In this document: positions 1-11,215 of the stretch, in pieces
Position numbering within the stretch: the first letter of the stretch is position 1
Layout: every line of letters begins with the position of its first letter
DNA from: an uncultured delta proteobacterium
GTDB taxonomy: Bacteria; Desulfobacterota; Binatia; UBA9968
DNA length: 64,000 nt
Direction: 5' to 3'
Assembly (NCBI GenBank): GCA_963727625.1
Contig: CAVSHR010000003.1
Location: forward strand, 32,001 to 96,000
Position numbers and translations under genes: made by a program
The notes under the pieces: generated by a model
Database searches by the model: none
Seen by the model: only the letters and a program-made list of their open reading frames with translations
Told to the model about the DNA's origin: nothing

Positions 1-1620
1 TTTTCTATCGCGGAGCGGCGGCATGACCATCTGGACCACGTTCAGCCGATAAAAGAGATCTTCACGAAATCGGCCTTCCTCAAGTTCCTTACGCAAGTCT
101 TTGTTGGTCGCGGAAATAATCCTTACATCGACTTTAACCGGTTTGCTGCCGCCTACAGGGGTGAAGCTCTTTTCTTGAAGAACTCTGAGGAGCTTCACTT
201 GAAGGTGCAGCGGCAACTCGGCTACTTCATCCAAAAAAATAGTTCCTTGGTCGGCTTGTTTGAACAGGCCGGTGTGATCGGATACGGCGCCGGTGAAGGC
301 GCCGCGCGCATGGCCGAAGAGCTCGCTTTCGATCAGGGTTTCCGGAATCGCTCCGCAATTGACGGCGACAAAGGGTTTATTTTCCCTGCGCCCATTGAGA
401 TGAATGGCGCGGGCCACCAGTTCTTTGCCGGTGCCGCTCTCACCGGTGATGAGCACGTTGGTGCTGGTCGTCGCGACCTTTTGAATCAACTGATAAATTT
501 TTTCGATTCCGCCGCTTTTCCCGATCACACCCTCGAAATGAAAATCTTCAGGCCCGTTTCCCGCTGCGCTCGGTTTGAACTCAACCTCCCGGCCGCGCCG
601 CAGTTCTTCTTCGATGCGCACTTTCTCTTCGATTTGCTTTTGCTTGGTGATGTCTTCAAAGATCGAGACAAAACCGATCAATTCCTGATTCGCGTTATTG
701 AGCGGCGCAACCGTGAGGCGAATTTGTTTGGGGATTCCAGAGGTCGCGCCAAACGAAAGTTCGTCGGTCACCACAACGGCCGCATCACGATGACGCCGGA
801 AGTCATAGCCGAGTCCGGGAAATATTTGATCCAACCGTTTGCCCTTCACGCTCGCTTCATCGAGTAATGTCAAAGCCTGGGCTTGGCCGTTAAAATAAGT
901 GATCTGTCCGTTCTGATCGGTGATCGCCACGCCGCTGCCGATCCCTTGGAGGAGCGCGTCTTTGAAAGCGTCCAAATCACGGTAGTCGTCCTGCTTTGCC
1001 CTGAGCATTTTTTCCGTTTCGCTCAGCTTGTTGGTTAGGAAACCGCTCAGCCAGGCAATCACAAAGAAACTGCCGATGCTCTGCACGATTGGGAACAGCG
1101 CTGACCGAGTAAAGACGATGCCATTTCCAGGATTCGCGAATCCCGACCAGATGAGCAACCCGGCGTAGGCCAAACCGGAGCATCCTGCGGCGAAAAACGC
1201 GCCGCGGTAAAAAAGCAAAATCGCCCCGTTCATGACGGCAAGATTGTAAAGAAATGAAAACGGGCTGGCGACATCGCCGGTTATCCAGATAATGCCGGAA
1301 ATTAGAATGACGTCAAAACAGACTTGCGCGTGAGCGAATGGACGAAGATCGGTAACTCGCGGCAAGAGTAGAGCCGAGCCAATGGAAATCGCATAGGCGA
1401 GGATTAGCGGAATAGAGAGATCGAAGAGATACCGCAGATCTCCCTCGGTCTTTAAAAAATGAAATAGTGCGGTTGCGCCCAAGAAAAAGGATACGATGAC
1501 CACGCGCAGAAGCAGTAGCCAGTGAATCTTCTCGGAGAGCTCTTTATTTTCGTCGCTCAAAGTTTCCAGCTTATCGGGGAACCAGTTAGCCGTGACGACA
1601 TTGGCTAGACTTGGAATCAC
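1..1620 (-). CDS. Membrane-anchored sigma-54-dependent activator: PilS-like N-terminal TM domain + PAS + AAA+ (PilR-like) domain; 3' end runs off the window
   Basis: Absent from the ORF track. I read the frame manually and found no stop from 1620 to 1. GTG start overlaps the pilC stop (GTGA). Hydrophobic N-terminus ([15 protein letters not shown]...[27 protein letters not shown]), PAS-like segment ([17 protein letters not shown]), then [40 protein letters not shown]. Confidence 0.88.
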   Translation of the reverse strand, partial: MIPSLANVVTANWFPDKLETLSDENKELSEKIHWLLLLRVVIVSFFLGATALFHFLKTEGDLRYLFDLSIPLILAYAISIGSALLLPRVTDLRPFAHAQVCFDVILISGIIWITGDVASPFSFLYNLAVMNGAILLFYRGAFFAAGCSGLAYAGLLIWSGFANPGNGIVFTRSALFPIVQSIGSFFVIAWLSGFLTNKLSETEKMLRAKQDDYRDLDAFKDALLQGIGSGVAITDQNGQITYFNGQAQALTLLDEASVKGKRLDQIFPGLGYDFRRHRDAAVVVTDELSFGATSGIPKQIRLTVAPLNNANQELIGFVSIFEDITKQKQIEEKVRIEEELRRGREVEFKPSAAGNGPEDFHFEGVIGKSGGIEKIYQLIQKVATTSTNVLITGESGTGKELVARAIHLNGRRENKPFVAVNCGAIPETLIESELFGHARGAFTGAVSDHTGLFKQADQGTIFLDEVAELPLHLQVKLLRVLQEKSFTPVGGSKPVKVDVRIISATNKDLRKELEEGRFREDLFYRLNVVQMVMPPLRDRK

Positions 1621-2843
1621 CCGCCTACCAAGGACCCCATTTGGAATATCGGCAGATACATGGCGATGACCAAGCCGCCCAAAACCACGCCGAGGACCAC
1701 CATGATCATCGGCTCCATCATCGCGGTGAGATTGTTCACTGCGTCGTCAACCTCTTCTTCGTAGAGCTCCGCCACCTTTTTGAGCATGGTGTCGAGACCG
1801 CCGGTACTTTCCCCCACTGCGACCATTTGACAAACCAATGGCGGAAAAATTTTGCTGTCCCGCAGCGGCTCGGCAACCGTTTTTCCCTGGCTGATGCTGA
1901 CGCGGCTCTCCATGATCGCTTTTTCAACGACTTTATTACCGGCGGTCTTCCCGGTGATCGCCAGGCCGTCCAAAATCGGCACGCCCGAGCTCAGCAGAAG
2001 AGCCATGTTTTGGCAAAATCGCGCAACGGCCACCTTTCTTAACACATCTCCGATGATCGGCATGCGAAGCAGTAGGCGATCGATGTTCATGTGGCCCTGC
2101 GGCGTTTTGTAATAGTAGGAAATCGACATGAATACACCGACGCCGGCAGCGATTAAGACCCACCAGTAGGCGACGAACCAGTTGCTAATATTGATGCAAA
2201 TTTGCGTCGGCAGAGGAAGCGCCTGGCCCATACTGCCATACAGTTCCGCAAACACCGGGATGACGAAGATCATCAAGACCGCGACGACGATCACGGCTAC
2301 GCCGACGATGGCGCAGGGGTAGATCATGGCCCCTTTGACTTTTTTCTTGAGCCGGTTGGCTTTTTCGATGAACAAAGCAATCCGGTTGAGGATCGTATTT
2401 AAAATACCGCCGGCTTCACCGGCTTCGACCATGTTCACATAAAGATCGTCGAAGATCTTCGGATGTTTTCGCAGCGCGTCCGCGAAGGTAGAGCCGCCCT
2501 CGACGTCGGATTTAATCGTGTTAAGTGTTTTGCAAAGAAGCTTACTTTCAGACTGTTGCGCCAAAATATCTAAACACTGCACGATCGGCAGACCGGCATC
2601 GATCATGGTGGCCAACTGACGAGTGGCGAGCGACAAATCTTTCGTCGTGACTTTGTCGCCGAACCCGGGTATCGAGATCTCTCTTTCTAGCCCTTTACCT
2701 TTTTCCCGAACCCGGCTTGGAATCGGGCGAATTCTCTGCTCGCGTAGCCGCGCCAGGGCAGCGTCCAAATTCGGCGCTTCGAGATTATCGCCCTTGACCA
2801 ACCTGCCCTGAGCGGTTCTGCCTTCCCACACAAATGTCGTCAT
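1617..2843 (-). CDS. pilC: Type IV pilus inner-membrane platform protein PilC (T2SSF family)
   Basis: [20 protein letters not shown] and [12 protein letters not shown] motifs, TM segments, downstream of pilB. Confidence 0.95.
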   Translation of the reverse strand: MTTFVWEGRTAQGRLVKGDNLEAPNLDAALARLREQRIRPIPSRVREKGKGLEREISIPGFGDKVTTKDLSLATRQLATMIDAGLPIVQCLDILAQQSESKLLCKTLNTIKSDVEGGSTFADALRKHPKIFDDLYVNMVEAGEAGGILNTILNRIALFIEKANRLKKKVKGAMIYPCAIVGVAVIVVAVLMIFVIPVFAELYGSMGQALPLPTQICINISNWFVAYWWVLIAAGVGVFMSISYYYKTPQGHMNIDRLLLRMPIIGDVLRKVAVARFCQNMALLLSSGVPILDGLAITGKTAGNKVVEKAIMESRVSISQGKTVAEPLRDSKIFPPLVCQMVAVGESTGGLDTMLKKVAELYEEEVDDAVNNLTAMMEPMIMVVLGVVLGGLVIAMYLPIFQMGSLVGG

Positions 2844-2940
2844 AATTTCTTTCGTCCCGATAATTCGCTTGTTCGGCTACCTCATCCCCGACTGCTCCAG
2901 TCAATTTTACCCGTTGACATTGGCGAATCTGCCAACGCGA

Positions 2941-4668
2941 TCAAAATCCCAAAGAAAACACCGAGCCAAAACCCTTGTCGGTATCGGTTACTCGGATAGT
3001 TTCGTCGACGGTCGTTAATCCCTGGCGAACTTTATGTAGCGCGCTCATTCGCAACGTGCTCATGCCAAGCTTGACGGCTTCGCGTTTGAGCTCCATCGCA
3101 GAAGCTCTCTTCAGGATCATCTCGCGGATTGGCTCGTGCATCACCATGACTTCATAGATTGCCAAACGGCCGCGATAGCCGGTGTTGTTGCAATTGTTGC
3201 AACCCCGGCCGTGAAAGGTCGGAAATCCTGAGCTGATTTCCGCGGAATCCACGCCTAGGTTAAGTAAAACCTCGGCCTTGACTTCAATCGGTTCCTTACA
3301 ATGGTCGCAGATTTTGCGCACCAGTCGTTGAGCGAGAATCAAATTGATCGACGAAGTCAATAAAAACGTTTCGACACCCATGTTGAGCAGGCGGTCCACG
3401 GTCGCCGGACAGTCGTTGGTATGGAGGGTGCTGAGAACAAGATGGCCTGTCAAGGCCGCTTTGATGGCAATCTGAGCGGTTTCTAAATCGCGGACCTCGC
3501 CGACCATGATAATATCGGGATCTTGGCGCAGGAACGAGCGCAGACATGCGGCAAAATCGAGACCGATCTGCTCTTTGACTTGGACTTGATTGATGCCGAC
3601 CAAATTATATTCAACAGGATCTTCGGCCGTGGAAATATTCACATCCGGTTTGTTGAGTTCCGAAAGCGCGGAATAAAGCGTGGTCGATTTGCCGCTCCCG
3701 GTCGGACCGGTGATGAGAATCATGCCGTAGGGCTTATGAATGGCTTCTTGAAAGTCTTTCAAGTTTTGCGGATCGAAGCCAAGTTTAGCCATATCCAATT
3801 GTAAATTGGACTTATCGAGCAACCGCATCACGACCTTTTCGCCAAACAGCGTCGGCAATATGGAGACGCGAATATCCAGCTCGCCACCCATGCCCATTTT
3901 AAGCTTGATGCGGCCATCCTGGGTGAGCCGCCGTTCGGCGATGTCCAATCCGGCCATCACTTTGAGCCGGGAGACCAGCGCGTTTTTGAGCCGCAACGGC
4001 GGACTCATGATTTCCTGCAACACCCCGTCGATGCGAAAACGCACTCGAAAGATTTTTTCGTAGGGCTCGATATGAATATCGCTGCAGCCCCGCTTGGCTG
4101 CGTCGGCGAGGATGGCGTTGACCAGCGTCACCACCGGCGCATCCATGGTGGCTTGCTGCAGTTCCTGGAGGTTGACGTCGTCGCTTTCTTGGACGACCTC
4201 CATTTCACCGGCACCGAACTTTTTTAAGACATCGTCGTAGCTAACGCCGCCGAAGCGATGCTCAAGTGTCTTCTTGATGTTCGACGGCGTAGCCAAGACC
4301 ACTCGCACGCCGTAACCGGTAACGAATTTGACTTCGTTGATGGCCACCAGATCCGTCGGGTCGGACATCGCGACTGTTACAGTCGAGCCCGTGAGTTTGT
4401 ACGGTACGAGTTGATGTTTTTGGACGATCTGTGGCGGGACCAGGCTAAAAACGGCGTCTTCAATGTCGCCTGGGACTAGTTCGACTGCTTCGATGCCAAA
4501 TTGGTTACCGAGAAACTGGGTAAGTTTTTCTTCGTTTGTGAAGCCAAGTTTAACGATTTCTTTGGCGACGCTGGAGCCGTTTTCTCGCTCGCATTTTTGC
4601 GCTTCAGCGAGCTGTTCACGCGAAACTAGCCCGCCCTTTACCAAAAGTTCCGCAAAACGTGGTTCCAT
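2941..4668 (-). CDS. pilB: Type IV pilus assembly ATPase PilB
   Basis: SDIHIEP, Walker A GPTGSGKST, LRQDPDIIMVGEVRD, STLHTN and CxxC...CxxC Zn motif. Confidence 0.95.
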   Translation of the reverse strand: MEPRFAELLVKGGLVSREQLAEAQKCERENGSSVAKEIVKLGFTNEEKLTQFLGNQFGIEAVELVPGDIEDAVFSLVPPQIVQKHQLVPYKLTGSTVTVAMSDPTDLVAINEVKFVTGYGVRVVLATPSNIKKTLEHRFGGVSYDDVLKKFGAGEMEVVQESDDVNLQELQQATMDAPVVTLVNAILADAAKRGCSDIHIEPYEKIFRVRFRIDGVLQEIMSPPLRLKNALVSRLKVMAGLDIAERRLTQDGRIKLKMGMGGELDIRVSILPTLFGEKVVMRLLDKSNLQLDMAKLGFDPQNLKDFQEAIHKPYGMILITGPTGSGKSTTLYSALSELNKPDVNISTAEDPVEYNLVGINQVQVKEQIGLDFAACLRSFLRQDPDIIMVGEVRDLETAQIAIKAALTGHLVLSTLHTNDCPATVDRLLNMGVETFLLTSSINLILAQRLVRKICDHCKEPIEVKAEVLLNLGVDSAEISSGFPTFHGRGCNNCNNTGYRGRLAIYEVMVMHEPIREMILKRASAMELKREAVKLGMSTLRMSALHKVRQGLTTVDETIRVTDTDKGFGSVFSLGF

Positions 4669-4795
4669 AAACTTCTACGAAGAGAACTAAATTATCGTAG
4701 ATCGCTCTCAGCCTGTCAACAAATTCTACCATGAGTTACCGGCAATGACTCGTGTTTTATTCTTCTACAAAATAAGATATAAATTATTGTAATGA

Positions 4796-7516
4796 TTATC
4801 TTTTTTTACTTAAAGCCGCCCGTGCTGCTGCAAGTTTAGCGATGGCGACACGATAGGGTGAGCAGCTCACGTAAGTCAGCCCAATATCGTGACAAAAGGC
4901 TACTGATTGGGGATCGCCGCCATGCTCGCCGCAGATTCCCATTTCCAAATCTTTACGGGTTTTTCGTCCCTTAGCCACAGCAATTCGCATGAGCTCGCCG
5001 ACGCCGGCTTGATCAATGCTGACAAAAGGGTCTCGGGGCAACAATCCATGGAGCACGTAGATTGGTAAGAATTTCCCCGCGTCGTCCCGCGATAAGCCGA
5101 GACAAGTTTGTGTCAGATCATTTGTGCCGAAAGAGAAAAACTCGGCTTCCTCGGCAATTTCGTCAGCGACCATGCATGCGCGCGGCAGTTCGATCATGGT
5201 GCCAACTAAGTACCGAACCTTAACCCCGTAGGCTTTTTGCGTCTCACGGGCGACGCGCTCGACGATTGTCCTCTGTTCGTGCAACTCCTGGCGCGATCCG
5301 ACCAACGGGATCATGATTTCGGGAAACGGGTTCTTGCCATCGCGGCGCAGTTCGCAAGCGGCCTCGAAAATTGCCTGCGCCTGCATTTCGGTTATTTCCG
5401 GATAGGAGATTCCCAAGCGACAACCTCGATGGCCCAACATTGGGTTGAATTCGTGTAAAACATTCACTTTGTCGCGCAGCACGTCAACCGGCACACCCAT
5501 GACTTGCGCCAGCTCGACGATCTCGTCGTCGTTTTTCGGGAGAAACTCATGGAGCGGGGGATCGAGCGTGCGAATCGTCACGGGCAAACTTCCCATAATC
5601 TCGAGCAGGCCTTTAAAATCTTCTTTCTGCATCGGCAAGAGCTTGGCCAATGCGCGGCGCCGGCCGGCCTCATCATCGGCAAGAATCATCTCGCGCACGG
5701 CCTGGATGCGATCGCCGTGAAAAAACATATGCTCGGTGCGGCACAAACCGATTCCCTCGCTGCCAAAGGCCTTGGCGATGACCGCCTGGTCGGGTTGATC
5801 AGCGTTGGTGCGCACGCCAAGCGTGCGTACCTCATCCGCCCATTTCATCAGTTTGGCGAATTGTTGATAAATGCGCGACTCTTTGGGAGCCAACGAGCGC
5901 GCCAGCAGCACTTGCAGGACTTCAGACGGGAGCGTTTGAATCTCGCCTTGGTAAACCTCTCCCGTACTGCCGTCGATGGAAATCCAATCGCCTTCGTTAA
6001 GCTCGGTTCCATCGACTCTCAATATTCGCCGGATATGATCGATATGCAGCGCTTCACAACCTGCGACACATACTTTTCCCATCTGCCTTGCTACCAGCGC
6101 GGCATGCGAGGTCATGCCGCCTCGCGCTGTCAAAATTCCTTGGGCTGCATCCATGCCGCGGATATCGTCTGGACTGGTTTCAATACGACACAAGACGACC
6201 CGCTCACCGCGTTTTTTCCACTCGACTGCGTCTTCGGCATGAAACACGATACGCCCGGTAGCAGCGCCGGGACCGGCCGGCAACCCCATACCGAGCCGCC
6301 TTCCGGCTTGGAGCGCTTGTTCTTTCCATTTCTGGTCGAAGATCGGCCGCAGTAGCTGGTTTAACTGATCCGGTTCGATGCGCAGCAAAGCTTCTTTCTT
6401 ATCGATGATCCGCTCTTCCACCATGCCGACGGCGATTCGGATAGCGGCGAAGCCGGTACGCTTACCGTTGCGGGTTTGCAGCAACCATAATTTACCGTTC
6501 TCGATGGTGAACTCGACATCCTGCATCTCGCGGAAATGCTTCTCGATGGATTTGCACACACGCTGAAGCTGCTTGGCGGCTTCGGGCATGAACTGGCCGA
6601 GCTCGGCGATTGGCTTTGGGGTGCGAATGCCGGCGACAACGTCCTCCCCCTGAGCGTTGACGAGAAACTCGCCGTAGAGTTGTTTATCGCCGGTCGCGGG
6701 ATTGCGCGTGAAGGCTACCCCGGTGGCACAGTCATCACCCAGATTGCCGAAAACCATGGCCTGCACATTGACGGCGGTGCCCCAAGTATGGGGGATATGG
6801 TAGAGTTCTCGATAGGCGATCGCGCGGTCATTGTTCCAGGAACCGAACACTGCTCCGATTGCTCCCCACAGCTGGTCGCGCGGATCCTCGGGGAATTCGT
6901 TGCTCAAAGTTCTCTTAATCTCGGCTTTGTATTCCGCAACCAGTTCCTGTAAATCCGCAGCTTTGAGCTCCGTGTCGAGGCGGGCACCGCGGGCTTTTTT
7001 CTTGCGCTCGAGAATCGTCTCGAGCGGACCGACGGCGCCTTTCTCTTTCGGCTTAATGCCCATCACCACATCGGCGTACATCTGAATGAATCGGCGGTAA
7101 GAATCATAAACGAATCGGGGATTGCTCCTGCGCCGAATTAAGCTTTCCACGGTCTGATCATTGAGGCCCAGATTCAGTACCGTATCCATCATTCCGGGCA
7201 TGGATTCGCGCGCACCGGAGCGGACGGAAACTAACAGGGTATTTTCCGCATCGCCAAAGCGCCGGCCAAGAATTTTCTCGATGCGCCCCAGCGCTTCGAT
7301 CATTTGACCGGCGAGTTCCTTGGGGTAACGGTGTTCATGACTATCGTAATACTTGCAGACCTCGGTGGTGATCGTGAAACCGGGCGGAACCGGAATTCCG
7401 ATGCGAGTCATTTCATGCAGTCCGGCCCCTTTTCCGCCGAGTAGTTCGCGCATTTTGCCGTGACCATCGGCCTTACCTTTTCCAAAAAAGTAAACGAATT
7501 TTTTCTTCTTCGGCAT
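4796..7516 (-). CDS. ppdK: Pyruvate, phosphate dikinase
   Basis: [30 protein letters not shown] (phospho-His), [10 protein letters not shown]. Start placed at MPKKKK (7516), preceded by a GAGGAG RBS. Confidence 0.97.
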   Translation of the reverse strand: MPKKKKFVYFFGKGKADGHGKMRELLGGKGAGLHEMTRIGIPVPPGFTITTEVCKYYDSHEHRYPKELAGQMIEALGRIEKILGRRFGDAENTLLVSVRSGARESMPGMMDTVLNLGLNDQTVESLIRRRSNPRFVYDSYRRFIQMYADVVMGIKPKEKGAVGPLETILERKKKARGARLDTELKAADLQELVAEYKAEIKRTLSNEFPEDPRDQLWGAIGAVFGSWNNDRAIAYRELYHIPHTWGTAVNVQAMVFGNLGDDCATGVAFTRNPATGDKQLYGEFLVNAQGEDVVAGIRTPKPIAELGQFMPEAAKQLQRVCKSIEKHFREMQDVEFTIENGKLWLLQTRNGKRTGFAAIRIAVGMVEERIIDKKEALLRIEPDQLNQLLRPIFDQKWKEQALQAGRRLGMGLPAGPGAATGRIVFHAEDAVEWKKRGERVVLCRIETSPDDIRGMDAAQGILTARGGMTSHAALVARQMGKVCVAGCEALHIDHIRRILRVDGTELNEGDWISIDGSTGEVYQGEIQTLPSEVLQVLLARSLAPKESRIYQQFAKLMKWADEVRTLGVRTNADQPDQAVIAKAFGSEGIGLCRTEHMFFHGDRIQAVREMILADDEAGRRRALAKLLPMQKEDFKGLLEIMGSLPVTIRTLDPPLHEFLPKNDDEIVELAQVMGVPVDVLRDKVNVLHEFNPMLGHRGCRLGISYPEITEMQAQAIFEAACELRRDGKNPFPEIMIPLVGSRQELHEQRTIVERVARETQKAYGVKVRYLVGTMIELPRACMVADEIAEEAEFFSFGTNDLTQTCLGLSRDDAGKFLPIYVLHGLLPRDPFVSIDQAGVGELMRIAVAKGRKTRKDLEMGICGEHGGDPQSVAFCHDIGLTYVSCSPYRVAIAKLAAARAALSKKR

Positions 7517-7590
7517 GTTGCATGCTCCTCGTGGGGATGAGGCACAAATGCTTTGCGCGGCCGCCAAAAATCAAAAAGCCTATACATGAA

Positions 7591-8358
7591 TTATACGGAA
7601 GAGAAATTCTCAAGAAAGGGGGCTGACTTGATTTCTCGATCCATTTGAAACTGGATGAACCGCAACACTACAGAGCGAATTTGCTTCACCACCGACAGCG
7701 GGACCGACAAGCGCGGCGGTAAACCGTCGCCGCCAGACTGCAATGCCATTAAAATCTCGACGGCGGCGCTACTCAGCGGAAGAATCTCCCTGCAAGAACG
7801 CGAACAGGAATCGCACAGGATACCGCCGTCCAACGGACTGAAGTGCCATCGGGATACTGCCGCTTCGACGCGGTCTTTATGGCATTTTTTGCAGGTATCC
7901 AAAATCGGTTGATAACCCGTCAAGCGCAAAAGCTTGAGTTCAAATGAAGTGAGAAAGCGCAAGGAAGTACCGTTCTCCGCCAAATAACCGAGACCGTCTT
8001 TAAGATGGTGAAAAACCTCTGTGTTATCTTCCCGCTCTGCGCACAGTCCGTCGGTGATTTCAACCAAATAGGAGGCGTAGGAAATTCGCTCCAACGTGGT
8101 CGCCAACTGCCTGAAGCCGGAGATGAGATCGGCGCTCAGGATAAAAGCAAGATTACTGTGCGGACGATCTTGAAAGGAGAGATTGACCAAAGCAAAGGGC
8201 TCTAAAGAATTTACGAAGCGCTTGCGCGAGCGCATCGCTCCCTTAGCGATGCCGATAAGCTTCCCATAGTTTTCGGTAAAAAGGGAAACTATCTTGTCTG
8301 ATTCGCCAAACGGCCAAGTGCGTAACACTACCGCCGGAGAATATAGGCTAACACGCAT
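7591..8358 (-). CDS. recO: DNA repair protein RecO
   Basis: GESDKIVSLFTENYGKL..AKGA N-terminal motif; CxxC...CxxC Zn finger. Confidence 0.92.
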   Translation of the reverse strand: MRVSLYSPAVVLRTWPFGESDKIVSLFTENYGKLIGIAKGAMRSRKRFVNSLEPFALVNLSFQDRPHSNLAFILSADLISGFRQLATTLERISYASYLVEITDGLCAEREDNTEVFHHLKDGLGYLAENGTSLRFLTSFELKLLRLTGYQPILDTCKKCHKDRVEAAVSRWHFSPLDGGILCDSCSRSCREILPLSSAAVEILMALQSGGDGLPPRLSVPLSVVKQIRSVVLRFIQFQMDREIKSAPFLENFSSV

Positions 8359-8463
8359 GTTTATCGTTGCGACCGCCAGCTCTCAAATTGAGTGGGCACC
8401 TTAGCATTTTTTAATATTGCAGGCAACTATTTAAAATCACAAGGAAATCTTTGATACGGCAAC

Positions 8464-8492
8464 TTGACAGCGGAGCTTTTCGTGATTACGTT
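8464..8492 (+). promoter_or_regulatory. Putative sigma-70-type promoter of the grpE-dnaK operon
   Basis: TTGACA-17 nt-TACGTT about 30 nt upstream of grpE. Confidence 0.55.
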
Positions 8493-8524
8493 TGCGGCAC
8501 TAAAGTTGGGAGAGATGCTCAGTC

Positions 8525-9121
8525 ATGAGCGAAGAAACGAAAAATAGCGCTGAAGAAGCTGCGTCGGAAGAGAATTCTCGTCTTACGGACTCCGAGGTCG
8601 ATGATCTGCGACAACAGTTGGCGGCAAAAGAGCTGGAAGCGAAAACCAATTACGACCGTTTCGTGCGTCAGGCAGCGGAACTGGATAACTTCAAGAAGCG
8701 CGCGAGCCGCGAGCGCGAAGATGCCATCCGTTACGCCAACGAATCCTTAATTAAGGACCTTTTATCAGTCGTTGACAATCTTGAGCGCGCCGTTGCACAT
8801 GCGTCCGGAGACGGGAACGGTAAACCGATCGTCGAAGGTGTGGAAATGGTGCTGAAAGGCCTTTTGGATGTCCTGGCCAAGTACGGCGTCACGCAAATCT
8901 CCGCCGTCGGCCAGCCATTCGATCCGGCCAAGCACGAGGCGATGGCCCAAGTGGAAAGTCAAACGCACCAACCCAACAGCGTCGTCGATGAGCTTCACAA
9001 AGGCTATGCGCTGCGCGACAGGTTGCTCCGGCCAGCCCTGGTGAGCGTAGCTAAGGCTCCAATAACACAAGAGAAAAAAAACGAGGACAGCAAGGTTGAA
9101 AACGACCCGAGCGATGATTAA
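8525..9121 (+). CDS. grpE: Nucleotide exchange factor GrpE
   Basis: AELDNFKKR, DNLERA, FDPAKHEA, GYALRDRLLRPALV; upstream of dnaK. Confidence 0.96.
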   Translation: MSEETKNSAEEAASEENSRLTDSEVDDLRQQLAAKELEAKTNYDRFVRQAAELDNFKKRASREREDAIRYANESLIKDLLSVVDNLERAVAHASGDGNGKPIVEGVEMVLKGLLDVLAKYGVTQISAVGQPFDPAKHEAMAQVESQTHQPNSVVDELHKGYALRDRLLRPALVSVAKAPITQEKKNEDSKVENDPSDD

Positions 9122-9175
9122 ATAATTTCCGTTATCCTGTAGATACGTTGATAAAAGTATTGAGGAGTCATTGAA

Positions 9176-11101
9176 ATGGCAAAAGTTATTGGAATTGATT
9201 TGGGGACGACCAACTCTTGCGTGGCAATCATGGAGAGCGGAGATCCCGTTGTTCTGGCCAATTCCGAGGGTAGCCGCACCACTCCGTCCGTTGTCGCTTT
9301 TACAGAAAGCGGCGAGCGATTGGCCGGACAAATTGCCCGGCGACAAGCGATTACCAATCCAGAGAATACTATTTCCGCTGTAAAGCGCTTGATCGGCAGA
9401 CGCAGTGACGATGCGATGGTACAGAAGGCTTCCAGCCTTCTCCCTTATAAGATCGTTCGCAACGATAACGGCGATGCCTGGGTGGAAATTCGCGGCAAAC
9501 GTTATAGCCCGGCGGAAATTTCTGCTTTTATTCTGCAAAAAATGAAACAGAGCGCGGAAGACTTTCTGGGCGAGAAGGTCTCCGAAGCGGTGATCACTGT
9601 TCCAGCGTATTTTAATGATAGCCAAAGGCAGGCCACCAAGGACGCTGGACGCATCGCCGGTCTAAACGTTTTGCGCATTATCAACGAACCCACTGCAGCC
9701 GCACTGGCCTACGGGCTGGATAAGAAAAAAGACGAGAAGATCGCGGTTTTTGACCTGGGTGGTGGCACCTTCGATATCTCCATTTTGGAGCTCGGCGACG
9801 GCGTCTTCGAAGTCAAAGCGACCAACGGCGATACTTTCCTCGGCGGTGAAGACTTCGATCAGAGAGTCATCGATTACTTGGCCGATGAGTTCAAAAAGGA
9901 CCAGGGCATCGATTTGCGCAAGGATCGCATGGCGCTGCAGCGTCTTAAAGAAGCGGCTGAAAAAGCCAAATGCGAGCTTTCGTCGTCCATCGAGACCGAT
10001 ATCAATCTGCCCTTCATCACCGCGGACCAACAGGGTCCCAAGCACTTGAACATTAAGTTAACCCGGTCGAAATTGGAAGCGCTTTGCGCAGATTTGATTG
10101 ATCGGACGGAGGGCCCGTGCCGCCAAGCGTTGAAAGATGCCGGGCTGAGCGCCGGCGATATTCACGAAGTGATCCTTGTCGGCGGCATGACCCGCATGCC
10201 GGCGGTTCAAGAGCGGGTAAAGAAAATTTTCGGCAAGGAGCCGCACAAAGGCGTGAACCCGGACGAAGTTGTCGCCATCGGCGCGGCGATCCAAGCAGCT
10301 GTGCTCAAGGGCGAGGTTAAGGACGTCTTGCTTTTAGACGTGACGCCGCTTTCACTCGGCATCGAGACCTTGGGCGGTGTATTTACCAAACTGATCGAGC
10401 GCAACACGACGATCCCGACCAAAAAGAGCCAAGTTTTTTCCACCGCGCAAGACAATCAGTCGGCGGTCTCGATTCGGGTCTTTCAGGGTGAGCGGGAGAT
10501 GGCAGCTGACAATAAGTTGCTCGGACAATTTGATCTCGTCGGCATCCCAATGGCCCCGCGCGGCATGCCCCAGATCGAAGTGACGTTCGACATCGACGCC
10601 AACGGCATCGTTCACGTCGCGGCGAAAGATCTTGGCACCGGCAAGGAACAATCAATCAAGATTACAGCATCGAGCGGTCTCAGCGAAGAAGAGATCAAGA
10701 AGATGGTCGGAGACGCCGAGGCCCATGCTGCTGAGGATAAGAAGCGCAAAGACATCGTCGAAGCGCGCAACCAGCTCGATTCTCTGGTTTACTCGACCGA
10801 GAAATCGCTCAAAGAGTATGGCGACGACCTCGAAGCCGGTGTCAAAGAAAACATCGAAGTCGAACTGAAAAAGGCCAAAGAGGTTTTGGAAGGCCAGGAC
10901 GCCGACGCCATGCGCAAGGCGGTGGAACAATTGAGCCAGGCGTCGCACAAGCTCGCGGAGGCGATGTATGCGAAGGCGTCCCAGCAACAAGCCGCGCAGC
11001 AAAAGGATGCCAATAACGATGGCGAGAAGGAAGCGAGTTCCGAGGGCGACAAGAAAAAGGACGATGTGGTTGACGCCGATTTTACGGAGGTCAAAGAATA
11101 G
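9176..11101 (+). CDS. dnaK: Chaperone DnaK (Hsp70)
   Basis: [25 protein letters not shown]; C-terminal DADFTEV. Confidence 0.99.
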   Translation: MAKVIGIDLGTTNSCVAIMESGDPVVLANSEGSRTTPSVVAFTESGERLAGQIARRQAITNPENTISAVKRLIGRRSDDAMVQKASSLLPYKIVRNDNGDAWVEIRGKRYSPAEISAFILQKMKQSAEDFLGEKVSEAVITVPAYFNDSQRQATKDAGRIAGLNVLRIINEPTAAALAYGLDKKKDEKIAVFDLGGGTFDISILELGDGVFEVKATNGDTFLGGEDFDQRVIDYLADEFKKDQGIDLRKDRMALQRLKEAAEKAKCELSSSIETDINLPFITADQQGPKHLNIKLTRSKLEALCADLIDRTEGPCRQALKDAGLSAGDIHEVILVGGMTRMPAVQERVKKIFGKEPHKGVNPDEVVAIGAAIQAAVLKGEVKDVLLLDVTPLSLGIETLGGVFTKLIERNTTIPTKKSQVFSTAQDNQSAVSIRVFQGEREMAADNKLLGQFDLVGIPMAPRGMPQIEVTFDIDANGIVHVAAKDLGTGKEQSIKITASSGLSEEEIKKMVGDAEAHAAEDKKRKDIVEARNQLDSLVYSTEKSLKEYGDDLEAGVKENIEVELKKAKEVLEGQDADAMRKAVEQLSQASHKLAEAMYAKASQQQAAQQKDANNDGEKEASSEGDKKKDDVVDADFTEVKE

Positions 11102-11132
11102 CCGCGGGGCGGTATAAAAATTATCCTCATTC

Positions 11133-11172
11133 AAAGCCCCTACTCCTGGACGTTGAGGAGAGGGGCTTTCTT
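11133..11172 (+). terminator. Stem-loop between dnaK and dnaJ (partial terminator or mRNA stabiliser)
   Basis: AAAGCCCCT-ACTCC...GGAG-AGGGGCTTT inverted repeat. Confidence 0.5.
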
Positions 11173-11215
11173 GCTCATAGATACAAAAAAAAAGCACGGA
11201 AACAGAGGGTCGGGA

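Noticed and set aside
175-867. 230-aa plus-strand ORF in the track
   Set aside because: Antisense shadow of the sigma-54 activator gene on the minus strand.
2860-2935. Possible c-di-GMP/GEMM riboswitch or sigma-54 promoter before pilC (GGTAAAATTGACTG-GAG-CAGTCGG...GGTAGCCGAA; TTGGCAGATTCGCCAA dyad)
   Set aside because: Only one hairpin fits, the second stem and tetraloop/receptor are absent, and there is no correctly spaced GG-N10-GC; too weak without an Infernal search.
8494-8521. CIRCE-like sequence before grpE (GCGGCACTA-N9-GAGATGCTC)
   Set aside because: Too many mismatches to TTAGCACTC-N9-GAGTGCTAA, and no hrcA adjacent.
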